Positions 13,272-27,283 are shown, counted from the first letter of the stretch. The stretch: DNA of 64,000 nt from Octopus bimaculoides (GCF_001194135.2 NC_068994.1:38902816-38966815), one strand, 5' to 3'. Translations and numbers: made by a program. Notes: a model not told the origin generated them from the sequence alone.

Positions 13272-13668
13272 ATGCAGCAGATGTTGCTGTGTGGTAAGAT
13301 GCTTGCTTCAAGGTGGCGAGCTGGCAGAAACATTAGCATGCTGGGCGAAACACTTAGCGGTATTTCGTCTGCCATTACGTTCTGAGTTCAAATTCCGCCA
13401 AAGTCGACTTTGCCTTTCATCCTTTCAGGGTCGATAAATTAAGCACCAGTTATGCACTGGTGTCGATCTAATCGACTTAATCCCTTTGTCTGTCCTTGTT
13501 TGTCCCCTCTATGTTAAGCCCCTTGTGGGCAATAAAGAAATAAGATGCTTGCTTCCCAATCACTTGGTTTTGGGTTCAGTCTCACTGCATGGCACCTTGG
13601 GCAGGTATCTTCTACAATAACCTTGGGCTGACAAAAGCCTTGCGAGTGCATTTGGTATGCAAAAACTG
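13272..13668 (+). mobile_element. Family A SINE interrupted by family B SINE
   Basis: A head 13272-13309 resumes at 13541 after the insert. Confidence 0.85.
13310..13540 (+). mobile_element. tRNA-derived SINE, family B, young copy with 15-bp TSD
   Basis: ggtggcgagctggcagaa...gagttcaaattcc...ttcatcctttcagggtcgataa; TSD taagatgcttgcttc at 13295-13309 and 13541-13555. Confidence 0.92.
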
Positions 13669-13879
13669 ATATATATACGTATATATCATTAGAAAACTTA
13701 AATAGATTTAAGTATTACAAAGTCACAGTGTGTATGAAGTAATAGTGTAAACACCTTTCTATGCTGTTGTGCCAAATGTAAGCTGTGGACACAGAAGGGA
13801 TGTAGTAGAATCACATGAAGTAAGCTTTGCATGTAACAGATGCACTAGATATAGATTCTCTGAAATGTCTGGTTGGCTC

Positions 13880-14290
13880 TGAAGGAGTTGTCAATAGCTT
13901 TTGAAACCCAGAAAATTAAATTTGCAGGGAGATGATTGCTCTGAATATATTGTAGCCAGGGTAAGAACAAGTTGGAAAAGCTTCTCTGAGTGAAGGGCAG
14001 ATTGTATGATGCTTATGTTAGAACTGTGATGATGCATTATAGTAAGACATAGACTTTGAATGAGAAGACGGAAATAAATGAAGTTAGCATGTTCCACTGG
14101 CTGTTCAATGTAAGTGTGCAAGAACAACAAAACACAAGTGAACTGTGTGAAAAAACTAGATATGAGAGGAATTCAGATGTAGCATGAAAGAAAGAAAACT
14201 GTACTGTTATGGACATGTTGTGCGTACAAATGAAAACAGCTGTATAAAAAAGTTCAGCTCACTTAATATGGATGGCGCTTGCAGTAGAGG
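13880..14290 (+). mobile_element. Old RTE LINE fragment
   Basis: VKGRLYDAYVRTVMMH...YGHVVRTNENSCIKK...RGR; homologous to 33700-34060. Confidence 0.75.
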
Positions 14291-14498
14291 GAGACCTTAC
14301 TGAAGGTTGGGTTTCTTTTGGAGCAGGTTATTGCCTATTTCGTAGAGTTTTAGTAATCTTTTTTATCTTCTATTTATTTCAGTCATTGGATTACAGCCAT
14401 TCTGGGCACCACCTTGAAGGGTTTTAGTTAAACAAATCAACCCCATTATTTACAGTATTTACAATTGATGGATATTTGTCCTCATCTTACTTGTTGTT

Positions 14499-14541
14499 AA
14501 CACGTTTCGGCTGATATACCCTCCAGCCTTCATCAGGTGTC
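14499..14541 (-). ncRNA. Minimal type I hammerhead ribozyme-like motif
   Basis: gacac CTGATGA a GGCTG-loop-CAGCC GAAAC gtgtt; perfect stem II, cleavage-site triplet appears deleted. Confidence 0.7.
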
Positions 14542-14593
14542 TTGGAGAAATTTCGAACCTGGGTTCTCATTGCTAAGGTATTTTTCAATGTTG

Positions 14594-14635
<42 letters not shown>

Positions 14636-14937
14636 TCACTGCCTGGAATCGAACTCGGAATCTTGGGGTTAGTAGCTCGCGCTCTTAACCACTACGCTAT
14701 ATGCCCGTGGGATTGGTTTGAAAGGCAAGCTAGTTTTTGATGGAGTTTCTCTATATGTCTCCATTGAAGTCTAATGCCCACGGGCATATGGCATAGTGGT
14801 CGAGAGCGCGGGCTACTAACCTCAAGATTCTGAGTTCGATTCCAGGCAGTGACCTGAATAATAATAATGATAATGATAATAATGATAACAGCGAAAAATA
14901 CCTTAGGAATGAGAACCCAGGTTCGAAATTTCCCCAA

Positions 14938-14983
14938 GACACCTGAAGAAGGCTGGAGGTTATGTCAACCGAAAAATTGTGTT
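14938..14983 (+). ncRNA. Degenerate hammerhead-like motif
   Basis: gacac CTGAAGA a ggctg...caacc GAAAa att gtgtt. Confidence 0.55.
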
Positions 14984-15844
14984 AGCAACAAACAAGATGA
15001 GGACAAATATCCGTCAAATGTAAATAATGTAAATAATTCCTCATCTCTTAAATATAGAACTGTAAAATCAACCCCAGTACTTATGTTTTAAGTTTGATAC
15101 TTATTCGATATGTCTTTTTGCTAAACCACTAAATTGCAGGGATGTAAATAAACTAATACTGGTAAACATCAGTATTATATTTTCTAAATTGTATTTGTAT
15201 ATATACAGAATTTTAGGCTTGGTTTTCAGCCTAGATAGTAGGACTCAAAAGGGTTCAAGTTTACTGATTTTTAGAGGTTGCTTGCATATTTTTCCATCAT
15301 AATTTTTGTCAGACTCACAAGTGATTTTACATCACATGCACTTAAGCAGTTCTTCTGTAACTTATTGCAAAACAGAACCGTACCAAAATTACCTGACTAC
15401 CTGTACTCTCTATAAAACATGCTACTGTCCACTTCATAGGACAATTCTTTTCTCTTATCTACACCAAGTGAGAATAAGAACAGGATGGAAAAAGTTTAAG
15501 AAAGAATTTCCTCTCAAGGCAATGAAGTGTTTCTTGTGTGATTCATATAGATACAGTGTGATGCTACATAGTAATGAAACATATGCACTGACTACAGAGG
15601 AAACATAAACGCTGTAAAAGAAACGAATATTCTCTACTGGCTGTGTAGAGCACATGAACAACAGAATAAATGCAAACTCAAACACACACATACACACACA
15701 TATATGCATGTGTATGCATGTTTACATACATGCATGCATAACATACATGTATGTATTCATACACATATATACAGACACAAACGCATACACAATTTAGAGA
15801 ATCTATTTATTTGGTACAGGAATCAAAAGTTCAGTATATGCTTG

Positions 15845-15885
<41 letters not shown>

Positions 15886-16679
15886 ATGTGTGTGCATGCG
15901 TGCGTGCTGTGTGTGCATGCGTGCGTGCTGTGTGTGCATGCGTGCGTGCTGTGTGTGTAGGTAATCTTCATGTCTGGCTTACAAAAGGAAAAAAGAGCAG
16001 ATCTCCAATCATAGGATCTGAACCACTTATCTATTACTTGCCAAGCAATTGTACGTTAACACCTCTAACATAGTCAAAATAAGACAGAAAATCATTTTTT
16101 ACTTTGACATATGAGGAAAAATATATACTGTACCTTGTCAGGTACCACTAACTTAATTAAAGAAAAAAAACCTTCATAAATATCCTGACTCTGAACAGTA
16201 AGATAAATGAAGACACATCTTTGATCTGTTTTGGAAAAAATATTCTGATTAGTGAAATTACAGAATGAGGGATAATTTCCTTTAGATAACAGAAGTAAAA
16301 CAAACGACATGGACATGATGGTGTAATTTTGAAAGAGATTTAAGCTAGCATTAATTCAACAACAAAGGCAAATTGCAATGATGAATCTAGGATTGAGACT
16401 AGATTTACTTTTTTGATGTCTTCTATCTCTCATTAGTAAGCAACATAATCATTCCAAGCAGTGGCTAATTCAAGTCTGTCATAAATAAATGTTCATAAAT
16501 TCCATCACTGTATTTGCTCAGACTTCAGGCTATAGGGGATATGTTAATGATATTTATTCTATTTTTTTTTTTTTTTTTTGAAAACATGTTTATGGTAAGA
16601 CATAAACTTTTGATAATATAACAAATACATGCATACACATATACAAGGTACAAGGACTCAGACTTAATGGAACACACAA

Positions 16680-16735
<56 letters not shown>

Positions 16736-16772
16736 GTCTATCTATCTATCTATCTATCTGTCTATCTATCTG

Positions 16773-16858
<86 letters not shown>
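16680..16858. repeat. (TCTA/TCTG)n compound microsatellite
   Basis: Direct sequence. Confidence 0.95.
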
Positions 16859-18479
16859 AATCTAGGTTTGTCAGTCTATCTGTCTTTCTGTCTCCATCCC
16901 TTTGTGTTCACACACGCACACATACAATGTACCCGGCTAGACAAGAAGAAAATATATAGTAGACATGTGAAAGAAGCATTGTGAATTAAACAAACATTTT
17001 GAAGATATTTTGTCCTAGTCGTGACTTCCAAAGTATTTCAGGGTTGGCTTCCTTGTGGTACATGACCTGATAATAGCCAAGCAGTTTCAAATTTATTCAT
17101 CTTTCCACCAGAAGACACCAAGAGATGACTGTTGGTGATTTGATACCTATTGCCTAAATCAAGAATTTTCTCCATGGCAAACTACAATAAAAACAGCTTC
17201 TTACCAGTCAAATACATCCCAAATTTATTTGAACTGATCTAAATGTTTGTTTTAAAAAAATGTTTGCATTCATAATTTACTTATTGTCACTCCCATTGCT
17301 TAAATTTATTGGAAACTGTTTTGTGTTAGAGTAAATAAAAAGACATATATATATATATACATGATTGGCCATGTTTTTTTTTTCTTTGGAAGGGAGCTTG
17401 TGTTGACTGCAACCAACAACAACCAGAGATAGGTAAAGAAACTAAAAAGCACTAGTTATGCCTTTTCCTTGCACAGAAACATGAATTATATGTGTATGTG
17501 CTTGTCTGTAGGGAGTGTGTGTAAGTACGTGAGTGTGTGCATGTTTGTGTATTTGATTGATTGATCTATCTCTCTGTCCATCTGTCTTTCTGCTTATCTA
17601 TCTATATGCACAAACATACATACATATGCATATATATTTATGAATGTATATATTCATATAAATATATATCCCTAGATAAATACATAAGTAATGCATGACT
17701 GCATACGCATTTATGTAAATATTTTTATTCATACATATATACAATATATACATGCATAGATGCATGAATATATAGATGTACATACAATACATTCACATAA
17801 TAAAAAATATGTATACACACATATATATGTTTGTATGCGTGTATAGATTCTGAATAAAAATGCAATACATTGAGTAGCATTTATATATATATATATATAT
17901 ATATAAAGACAAAAGTTTAAAAAATACTGAAAGATACTCCAGAACTTCCTGCAGGAAAGACCATTTAAAAGTATTATAGATTTCCAAATACAATAGCATC
18001 ACTAATGAGAGTAGATTCTCACATTGACTTAGCACAGCTTTAACATTACACCTACCAAACTCCAGACTATATTCATTGTTCCTATGAGGTTGTTTATTAC
18101 AGAAAGTTACCAATTGCCAACCATCAGAATGTTATTCCTTGAGCAAGCAGACCATACATAAGTACTCACACATGTAAGAATTAGTCACTTTGTTATATGA
18201 AACATGTGAAGAGAATAAGAAAATAGCTATCATCAATTATATATATATATATATATATATATGTTCATTCTTTGGTGTAAACTCATTATAAGTATATAGC
18301 TGTGCATGTTGTTGTGTGTGCAATCTGCATGTATGTAAATATTGCATGTATATACATATGAATGAATATATTCCTGTATGTATGCATGCAGTCATCTATT
18401 ACTTATGCATTAATCTAATACACTTCTGTATGTGTAAGTGCTATTAAAATACAATATTTGTTTGTATTTATTGCATGTG

Positions 18480-18705
18480 AAAGGCAGCGAGCTGACAGGA
18501 TTGTTAGCATAGCATGTAGGGTAAAATACTTAGTGGTATTTCATCTGTCTTTATCTTCTGAGTTCGAATTCTGCTGAGGTTGAGTTTACCTTTCATCCTT
18601 TTGGGGTTGATAAAATAAGTACCATTTCAGTACTGGCGTTGATCTAATTGACTTACTGCCTCTAACCCAAAATTGCTAGCCTTGTGTCAGAATTTGAAAA
18701 TGATA
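18480..18705 (+). mobile_element. Family B SINE
   Basis: Homology to 13310-13540. Confidence 0.85.
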
Positions 18706-20153
18706 TATTTTGGGTGTGTCTACACATCATATACACATACACATGTACATATTTGTGTGTATGTATATATATGTGTGTGTGTGTGTGTGTGTATATGTAT
18801 CCAGATGCAAACACACACACACGTGCACACATGTACACACACACACACACACAAATTGCACCTGTAATTCAAAGGCCTAGTTGAATCAAACGTATCATGC
18901 TGGTTCAGCTTGAGAGTTATATTAAAGGCACACATATCTGTGGAGTACTCATCCACTTGAACATTAATATAATGAGCTCGGTAGTTCTGTTGACTGAACA
19001 ACTGAATGCTTATAGTCAGACATTTTGATAGTGGTCCATTTTCTTACAGAGAGAGAGAGAGAAAGAGAGAGAGAGCAAAAGAAAGAGAGGCAGACAGATA
19101 GATTGAACCATAACCAGAGAGACAAATAAATAGATGGACAGAATGACAAAGAGAAAGAGTATAAATATAGTTGAGGCAATAGTATAGTGTTAACATTAGA
19201 GTTCTGACAGTCTTGCATTTTGCAGAAAATTTTGAAGGAAAAGAAAAGTTACACAATTAAAACTGCAAACTAAAAGTAATTCATATACACTCTAGTAATC
19301 ATTTTAGCTTTTATTTTGACTAGGTATATCTAAGAATACAGCATCTGTCTATTTCTATAAGGCCACAAGATATGATTTAACAGAAATTTGGTTGCCACTT
19401 CTGGCAAATTTAGCGAATGCATCAATGCGTATTTGCTGGTACTTATATGTATTTTTTTCTTAGTGTTTATTCATTGTAAAAATTTATCATTATAACAAAG
19501 AATGGTTATATTGTACTTCCCTGCAATACATAGCAAACATCTTTATGGATTACATTCATAATAATGGTGAACATTTTCTATTATAGACCAGTTAACTTTT
19601 ATCACGTTTTTAAAAGTATAATCTTTCAATTTTCCAATATAATATCAAATATAACTGTATTACACCAGCAACAATTCAAAAAGTGCATATGTCCTGTGTA
19701 TTTTGGCTTAGATTCACAAATTGCTGATTCTATCTAACTCTTTTCAGTACCATATCTCAACAGCATGCTAGCTTGGTATATCAGTAGTTAGGCATTTTGA
19801 CATTTAACAGGCATTATAATGGGTTATTCAGCTAACCTAGGTAAATCTCAAAGGATGGTGTTGTTTTTATTGATTTTAAGTATTGTGCTTATTATATTTT
19901 CTGTGCAACTATAGCTGACCTTAACATTGTTCTAAATATAGAGCTGTGATACTTATGATTTGTATGAAAATGTTTACTGGTGAAAGATTGGAAATTTTTT
20001 GCTCCGTTGGTCACTCCGTTTTTGTTAGAGTAGGGATTAAGCCAGATGATCTTTCTTATTCTGGTTCAGTTCATTTGTGTACAAGTGAATATATGTGTAC
20101 GTGTGTATGTACATATATGGGAGTGGGTGTAAATATATATATATATATATATA

Positions 20154-20193
<40 letters not shown>

Positions 20194-20334
20194 NNNNNNN
20201 NNNTAAATATATATATATATACAAACATATATACACACACATATATATATATATATAGATGTATATGAATAGTTATGTATGTAAATAAATACATATATAT
20301 ATATATGAATATTTGTGTGTGTGTGTGCATATGT

Positions 20335-20480
20335 GACGGTGCGTGATTTAGTGGTTATGGTGTTGTACTCATGATTGTGAGATTGTGGTTTCAATTTCTA
20401 GCCTGGGCAATGCATTGTGTTCTTGAGCAAAACACTTCTTTTTGCGTTGCTTCTGTCCATTCACCTGACAAAAATGAGCA
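20335..20480 (+). mobile_element. tRNA-derived SINE, family C (5' part)
   Basis: tRNA-like head then gttcttgagcaaaacact...cacctgacaaaaatgag; reverse complement of 38220-38300. Confidence 0.7.
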
Positions 20481-20565
20481 ATCCTGCAACAGATCCTATA
20501 CTGGAGGGAATATATACACCATAGAATCAAAGAAACTGGCCTTATTAGCCTATAGCTTGGGATGG

Positions 20566-20616
<51 letters not shown>

Positions 20617-20779
20617 AATAGAGTTGGTAGTTGTAGTAACCAACTAAGGGATAAAATATCCGTATATACTATCAGTATCCGTTACCTGTGTTATCCCCGA
20701 ACAATTGTGTGCAGGGACACCATATACGTCGTGCACAGGTAACAATAGGATAAGCAAAAGTTTATCAGGAACCAATGCT

Positions 20780-21470
20780 AATAATTAGAAAATGGAGAAA
20801 AACATAGATTAACCAGTACATAGATAGGACCACATTTAATGCTTCTTTATTAATACAAAGCAAGACATAACAAAACTAACAGCTGTTTCTGATCAAACTT
20901 CCCAGAATGCAGTCTATACATAAATGCGAGAATAAAATTCTTCATCTTCAAAGGGCATTTGAATTAAGGCAATCGATCTTCATCTGAGTGAAAAACAAGA
21001 GTATACAATATAAACAAAATGGAGAAGGAAGAGGTAAGAAAACATGGTTTAGACAAATAGTCTAAAAACCGAAAATGTTAAGTGCACATAATTATTTACT
21101 GTCTGAGCTCAAAGAATGTAGATGAGAGAATGAGCTATTAAAGGACTAGGGAATTCTATGAGTTATTAATGGGAGAGTACAGTTTAAGAGGTGGGGGTCA
21201 GGGTGTTAAAGGAAGAGGTTATCCAGAAGCTCTGTATAAATAAGATACTAATATAATTGTCAAAGGTGAAACCTTTATTAAATGGAGTAGGCTTAAGTAA
21301 AGTTAAAAAAATTTGATGTAGGTTACTAAATAAAAAATTTATTCACAGGATATTAATACCAAGAATCCCACCTATGGTACACAATGGGGTAAATCTAAGT
21401 CCAGTGGTCTCTACATTGGTCTGTAACAATTTAAAACAATTCACAAGTTAAAGCCGTTACAAAAGGTTTG
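20780..21470 (-). mobile_element. Degenerate Penelope-like remnant
   Basis: Minus-strand TNVETTGLRF, LHQIF, CPL traces of the RT/GIY-YIG linker region. Confidence 0.35.
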
Positions 21471-21802
21471 TTTATATATAAATAAGAAAAAGAAAGGAAG
21501 GAAAAAGTAAGGGAGATAAGACAATGAGTAGATGGTAAGTAAATGGAAGAAAAAAGAAAGAAAGAATCAACTCCATCAACTTCATTCATCATCACCTAAA
21601 TGATGAAATGTAAAGCAGACTCCTGCAGTACTTGAACACAGAGAGCACCAAACCAGAACAAATACTATCTATTCAGATGTGATTGAAACTTTGACATCAA
21701 ACTCATAAATGCCTAAGTCAATTTCACAGTTTTTGAATGGCTATGTGTCTGCTTTAGCTGTAATTGTTTTAGTTTCAACACACAGCCTGATCAAGGAAGT
21801 AC

Positions 21803-21867
<65 letters not shown>

Positions 21868-22008
21868 ACTCTCTCTGTCTCTGTCTGTCTGTCTCTCTCT
21901 CTCTCTATATATATATATATGTATATATNNNNNNNNNNNNNNNNNNNNNNNNNNNNNNNNNNNNNNNNNNNNNNNNNNNNNNNNNNNNNNNNNNNNNNNN
22001 NNNNNNNN

Positions 22009-22044
<36 letters not shown>

Positions 22045-22299
22045 ACAAGCTAGCAGAATTGTTAGTTTGCTGGACAAAATGTTTAGCATCATTTTTCCCA
22101 GTGATATATGTATGAAAGATCCTGGAGGGGTCGGCACTAAACCTTGACATTGAGAACTATAGCAGCCCTTGAACTGGATGTCACTGCACTGTTCCAAAGG
22201 TCCCAGTTATACCATCTAGAGTGAAGTTCATGTACCGTGGTAGCTTGGGATTCAAGGACCCATGGATATTTAATACCTTGGCAAAACATCTGAAGAGTC

Positions 22300-22428
22300 T
22301 ACATGGTGAAGGGCCTGAGGGCTGATCCTTGGTGGACTCCTACTTCTACGTGGAATTCTTCACTATACTCATTGCCAACCCTAACCTTACTAACAGCACC
22401 CCTGTATAGGGCCTGTACAGCCCTTATT
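22300..22428 (-). mobile_element. RTE reverse transcriptase fragment
   Basis: IRAVQALYRGAVSKVRVGNEYSEEFHVEVGVHQGSALRP; homologous to 33250-33350. Confidence 0.85.
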
Positions 22429-22453
22429 AACTATTAGTCAATCCCTAGTTTCA

Positions 22454-22497
<44 letters not shown>

Positions 22498-22589
22498 ATA
22501 TATTCAAATGCATACATACATACACACACACATATATATAATATATCATCAGCATCATATATTTGTATATACCCCACACATACAGAGAG

Positions 22590-22635
<46 letters not shown>

Positions 22636-23261
22636 GGATGACTCAGTTTACTTGGTATGTGGTTACTTAAGCAGGATTTTTCTTTTTATCATGTTATCTT
22701 ATCATTATTAATCCTTTATATATTAGTACCCTATTTTGCTCTATCCTAGCTTTTTATGAAACATGACCTGAAAAAAAAAAACACTGAGGAAATGACACAC
22801 ATACACACACACACATACACATGCACATTCTCATATGTGTGTATATTTAAAAAAAAAAAAAGAGAAGGGGTTTCGTGTAGACAAAGATGGATTACAAAGC
22901 CTGATTAAATCATTAATTGACAGATGGGTAGAAATTTATCATCAGCTGATTCATCTACTAAATAGGTCCTGGAGTAGGTATGGTTAGCTAGTATGATACA
23001 GAATATTATGTTTATCCACTGCCCCTACTTATAGTGTGAAATTCATCGAAAGATGGTTAGAATGCGTTACTCTTATCAATATTATAAGGTAATTAGTGCA
23101 GATGTGGCGGTGTGGTTAAGAATCTAGCTTTGCAGCCATGTGGTCTTGGGTTCAGTCCCACTTGAGCAAATGTCTTCTATTATAACCTCAGGTTGACCAA
23201 GGTATGTGTGTGAATTTGGTAGGCATAAATCGTTGAAGCCCATTATGTTTGTATATATATA

Positions 23262-23557
23262 GTAAAATATAATTGCCAACTATATGTGGCAGTCCCATAG
23301 AGGATGATGCTAGTGTTGTTTTTAGCCCCAGGAGGACATCTCCTCCAGCTGGGTAACAGTACACTGTCTGTGTTCAATTAGTATTTGTGAGGAGAAATCA
23401 TCGTTCCTATCTTTAGCCTTATGTGAAACTACTCAGAAATACTAATTGGACACAGTGTGTTGTTAACCAGCTGGAGGAGATGTCCTCCTGGGGCTAAAAA
23501 CAACAGTAGCATTGTCGTCTATGGGATCACCACATATAGTTAGCAATTATATTTTAC
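23262..23557. mobile_element. Hairpin MITE with about 125-bp inverted arms
   Basis: gtaaaatataattgc...ttagccccaggaggacatctcctccagctgg...aattagtattt and its reverse complement; short spacer. Confidence 0.9.
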
Positions 23558-23612
23558 GATTCCGTACTGCTATTGTTTACTTCTCACTCAGAGATTTAAT
23601 AATGCAATATAT

Positions 23613-23759
23613 ATGGCATGGCTGTGTGGTTTAGAAGCTTGTATTCCAGCTATGTGCTTTCTGCCATTGTGTGGTGCCTTGGGCAAATGTTTTCTAAAAC
23701 ATCGGGCTGACCAAAGCCTTGTGAGTGGATTTAGTGGATGGCAACTGAAAGAAACCTAT

Positions 23760-23795
<36 letters not shown>

Positions 23796-23813
23796 CTTGT
23801 ATATATGTGTGTA

Positions 23814-23886
<73 letters not shown>

Positions 23887-24097
23887 GTATACATATCTAT
23901 GTGTGTGTCTTTGTGTTTGTGTTGAATTTGTTGTCCTCATCGCTGTTAGACAACTGGTGTTGGTGTGTTTACATTCCTGCCAATAGATTAAGTAGCAGGC
24001 TTTAAAAAATAAGTACTGAGGTTCATCTGTTTGAACAAACCCTTCAAGGCAGTGCCCCAGCATGACTGCTGTCTAATGAATGAAATAGTAGATGAAA
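23613..24097 (+). mobile_element. Family A SINE with internal (TA)n expansion
   Basis: Homology to 2438-2820. Confidence 0.8.
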
Positions 24098-26000
24098 GGG
24101 AGTATTTTATGCTGTTGTGAGGATGGATTGATCACCAATTTTGTGGGGGGTTGTGATGTTAGATGTGTATTGTATTGTTGAAGACTATCATGTGGTTTAG
24201 CTGGCTGCATGTATAATAAATGAAGCAACTTGCAAACTCTTAACTTTTAGCATATTTATTGCTGGACATGATTTACTGCATTGGCTGTTTACAAAAGAAA
24301 GATGCTGATAATATAATTGCTGACTAGAATGAGAGAACCATACTGTGTCTTGTAGAAGACTAGCTGTGGTATATCATGTGTGGGTGTCTGAAGTTGTTTC
24401 TTTCTCCAGGCGGTCTGGTTTTTGTAGTCTGTCTTCTGTGAATGCCAAAGATGGTCTACAGAAATGACTGAGTTCATCTGGTTAGTGGTCTGCTGAAGCT
24501 GTCTGGCTGTGTTAGGTACCCAACAGTTTTTATAGGGTGAAAAGAGGGCAAATTTTAAAGCATTTAAGGAGCTATACCACACCACAACTTCATACGGACT
24601 GGTAGAATTTATAGATCAATTACATGAAACCTATGATTCCTATTTGAATATCTTGCAGTTGGAGTTTGAAGTCTTATAATGTGATTGCTCAAATTGCTAG
24701 AAGCAGCAGTGATATCTCACTCAAATCATAACTTATTATTTAAGGAAAAAAGACAGACAAAATGGAAAAGTCATCTTAGATATAGTTTACCTGAAAAAAA
24801 ATACTAGCTGATCATGGCTTGGACACTTTTCATTATTGGTTAGCTATCTACAACAACAACAACAACAGAAGCAATAACCATACTACTACAACTAATTCTA
24901 CATCTACAACTACAATTTGAGATAGCAACAATAAAAAAAAACAAAAATAAACAATTGAATATATAATGCCATCATACATAAACACACACTACTTTATACA
25001 TACATTGCTATTACACCCACACCTCACAAGCACCATATTGCTATATACATTATATACACACAAAGGCAGAAAGAAAGCCTCAATAAGGGCCATCCAGTCA
25101 ACTAGAAATAGCAGCTAGATCACCTTCAGTTCATTCCATAGCATTAGTAATGTTACATTAGATAATACAGTATGAGAAAATTTATGGTAGTTAGGAGTGG
25201 TCATATCTGGAATGCTTTTGATCATAGATCAGTATGATCAATGTCAAGCTGGGTTAAACAACAACAACAGCAACAACAGCATGAACACGAAAAATCAGTC
25301 AGATACTGTCACAAAGGAACTCATTAAGCTATGTCTACACATGTAGAATACTATACAAAAAATAAACAAAAACATTCATACATACACATGCACACATATG
25401 TATAAATACACAGACACATACATACAGATACACAGATTCATAGGCACATACTTACACATGAACACACTCTTTCATATTGTCACACAAATGTTCATACACA
25501 TGCATACACACATGTACATACAGATATATGCAGACATAAAAACATACATACGCACACAGATTTTCAAACAGATATACTTGAACACCCACACACACACCCA
25601 CACACACACACACACACACACACATACATACATACATATGTATTCACACGTGTACGCACATACACAAAAACACATATACATACATATAAAAGTTCACTAT
25701 TTGTTTTGCCAGTAAATGAGGAGTATTGAATATTTGAAAACTAAACAGATATATTGAGATCAATGAACAGTTCACAGGCTTCTGATGAAAGACTTTGATA
25801 CATATAACAAATTAATTAATTAAATGATAATTAATTAATTAATTAAGAAGTGAATAATGATTACATTTAGTGTTTATCATTGTCAAAGATTACTCCCAAA
25901 ATATACACTCAAACATGCACACATACTCACACACATACATACATGTGCCCACACACACACACACACACATTTTCCTGGTATGTGTAGATGTGTGGGTGGA

Positions 26001-26051
<51 letters not shown>

Positions 26052-26469
26052 NNNNNNNNNNNNNNNNNNNNNNNNNNNNNNNNNNNNNNNNNNNNNNNNN
26101 NNNNNNNNNNNNNNNNNNNNNNNNNNNNNNNNNNNNNNNNNNNNNNNNNNNNNNNNNNNNNNNNNNNNNNNNNNNNNNNNNNNNNNNNNNNNNNNNNNNN
26201 NNNNNNNNNNNNNNNNNNNNNNNNNNNNNNNNNNNNNNNNNNNNNNNNNNNNNNNNNNNNNNNNNNNNNNNNNNNNNNNNNNNNNNNNNNNNNNNNNNNN
26301 NNNNNNNNNNNNNNNNNNNNNNNNNNNNNNNNNNNNNNNNNNNNNNNNNNNNNNNNNNNNNNNNNNNNNNNNNNNNNNNNNNNNNNNNNNNNNNNNNNNN
26401 NNNNNNNNNNNNNNNNNNNNNNNNNNNNNNNNNNNNNNNNNNNNNNNNNNNNNNNNNNNTATATAATAT

Positions 26470-26660
26470 ATTACTTGTTTCAGTCATTAAACTGTAGCCA
26501 TGCTGGAGCACTGCCTTGAAAAATTCTAGTTAAATCAGTTGATCCCAGTCAACTGATTTTAACCTGGAGTTTACTCTATCAGAGTCTTTTGCTGAACCAC
26601 TAAGTTACAGGGATGTAAACATACTGAAACCAGTTGTCAAGCGGTGATGGGGGACAAACA
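26470..26660 (-). mobile_element. Family A SINE 3' half
   Basis: Reverse complement of the family A tail. Confidence 0.8.
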
Positions 26661-26689
26661 TGCACACACACACACACACACACACAACT

Positions 26690-26910
26690 GCTTCAAGACC
26701 TCCAGCTGCTATATCTGGATTACAAATTCACATTTATACCAATAATAATTGGGGCATTTGGTTTTGTAAGTAAATGCCTAACTGTCAGTCTGGATGAGCT
26801 TGGATGTTCAGAAAAAGAAATCAACCAACTGATTCACACACATTGCGGAAACAGTCTGTAAGCAGAACAGTGAAACTCTGCAAGACTTTTCTCAGGCTTA
26901 AAATGTGACA
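26690..26910 (+). mobile_element. Second RLE-type LINE C-terminal fragment
   Basis: LQLLYLDYKFTFIPIIIGAFGFVSKCL...EINQLIH, frameshift, TVKLCKTFLRLKM*. Confidence 0.7.
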
Positions 26911-27236
26911 TTGTTTCCGTTATTTACATTCTGAAGATGGAGACTTGTATCTTTGTTAGAAACCAGCACCTTCCACAGGGGAAGAATTTAAACGATTAAA
27001 AGCAGAGGAGACATACATACATACATACATACATATGCAATGTATATAAGTCAATACTGCATCTGTTAAACCTTGTCCTTCAAATGATGTAATTTCATAC
27101 ATGTTTGTGTGCATGTGTGTACATACATACATATATGTGTGTGTGTGTGTGTGTGTGTGCATGTGTGTGTGTGTGTGAGTGTATGTGTATTTATGTCTGA
27201 CTCATGGGAAAGTGGATGTTAGGACAATGGTGACAA

Positions 27237-27283
<47 letters not shown>

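Larger units (their letters stand above)
14446..15064. mobile_element. Palindromic Penelope-derived unit: two head-to-head tRNA-like plus hammerhead modules
   Basis: 14446-14711 (-) and 14777-15064 (+) are inverted copies; 12-bp TSD aaatcaacccca at 14434-14445 and 15065-15076 inside a minus-strand family A SINE. Confidence 0.9.

Noticed and set aside
14627-14711. tRNA gene (also 14777-14860, 45749-45822, 56175-56250)
   Set aside because: tRNA-like heads lack a paired acceptor stem and are embedded in repeats
17000-17200. 47-codon minus-strand open stretch after a tag acceptor
   Set aside because: Incompatible with the phase-1 donor, no recognisable motif, no good donor
23262-23557. CRISPR array or pre-miRNA
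   Set aside because: No repeat-spacer periodicity anywhere and the DNA is eukaryotic; the hairpin is better explained as a MITE without small-RNA data
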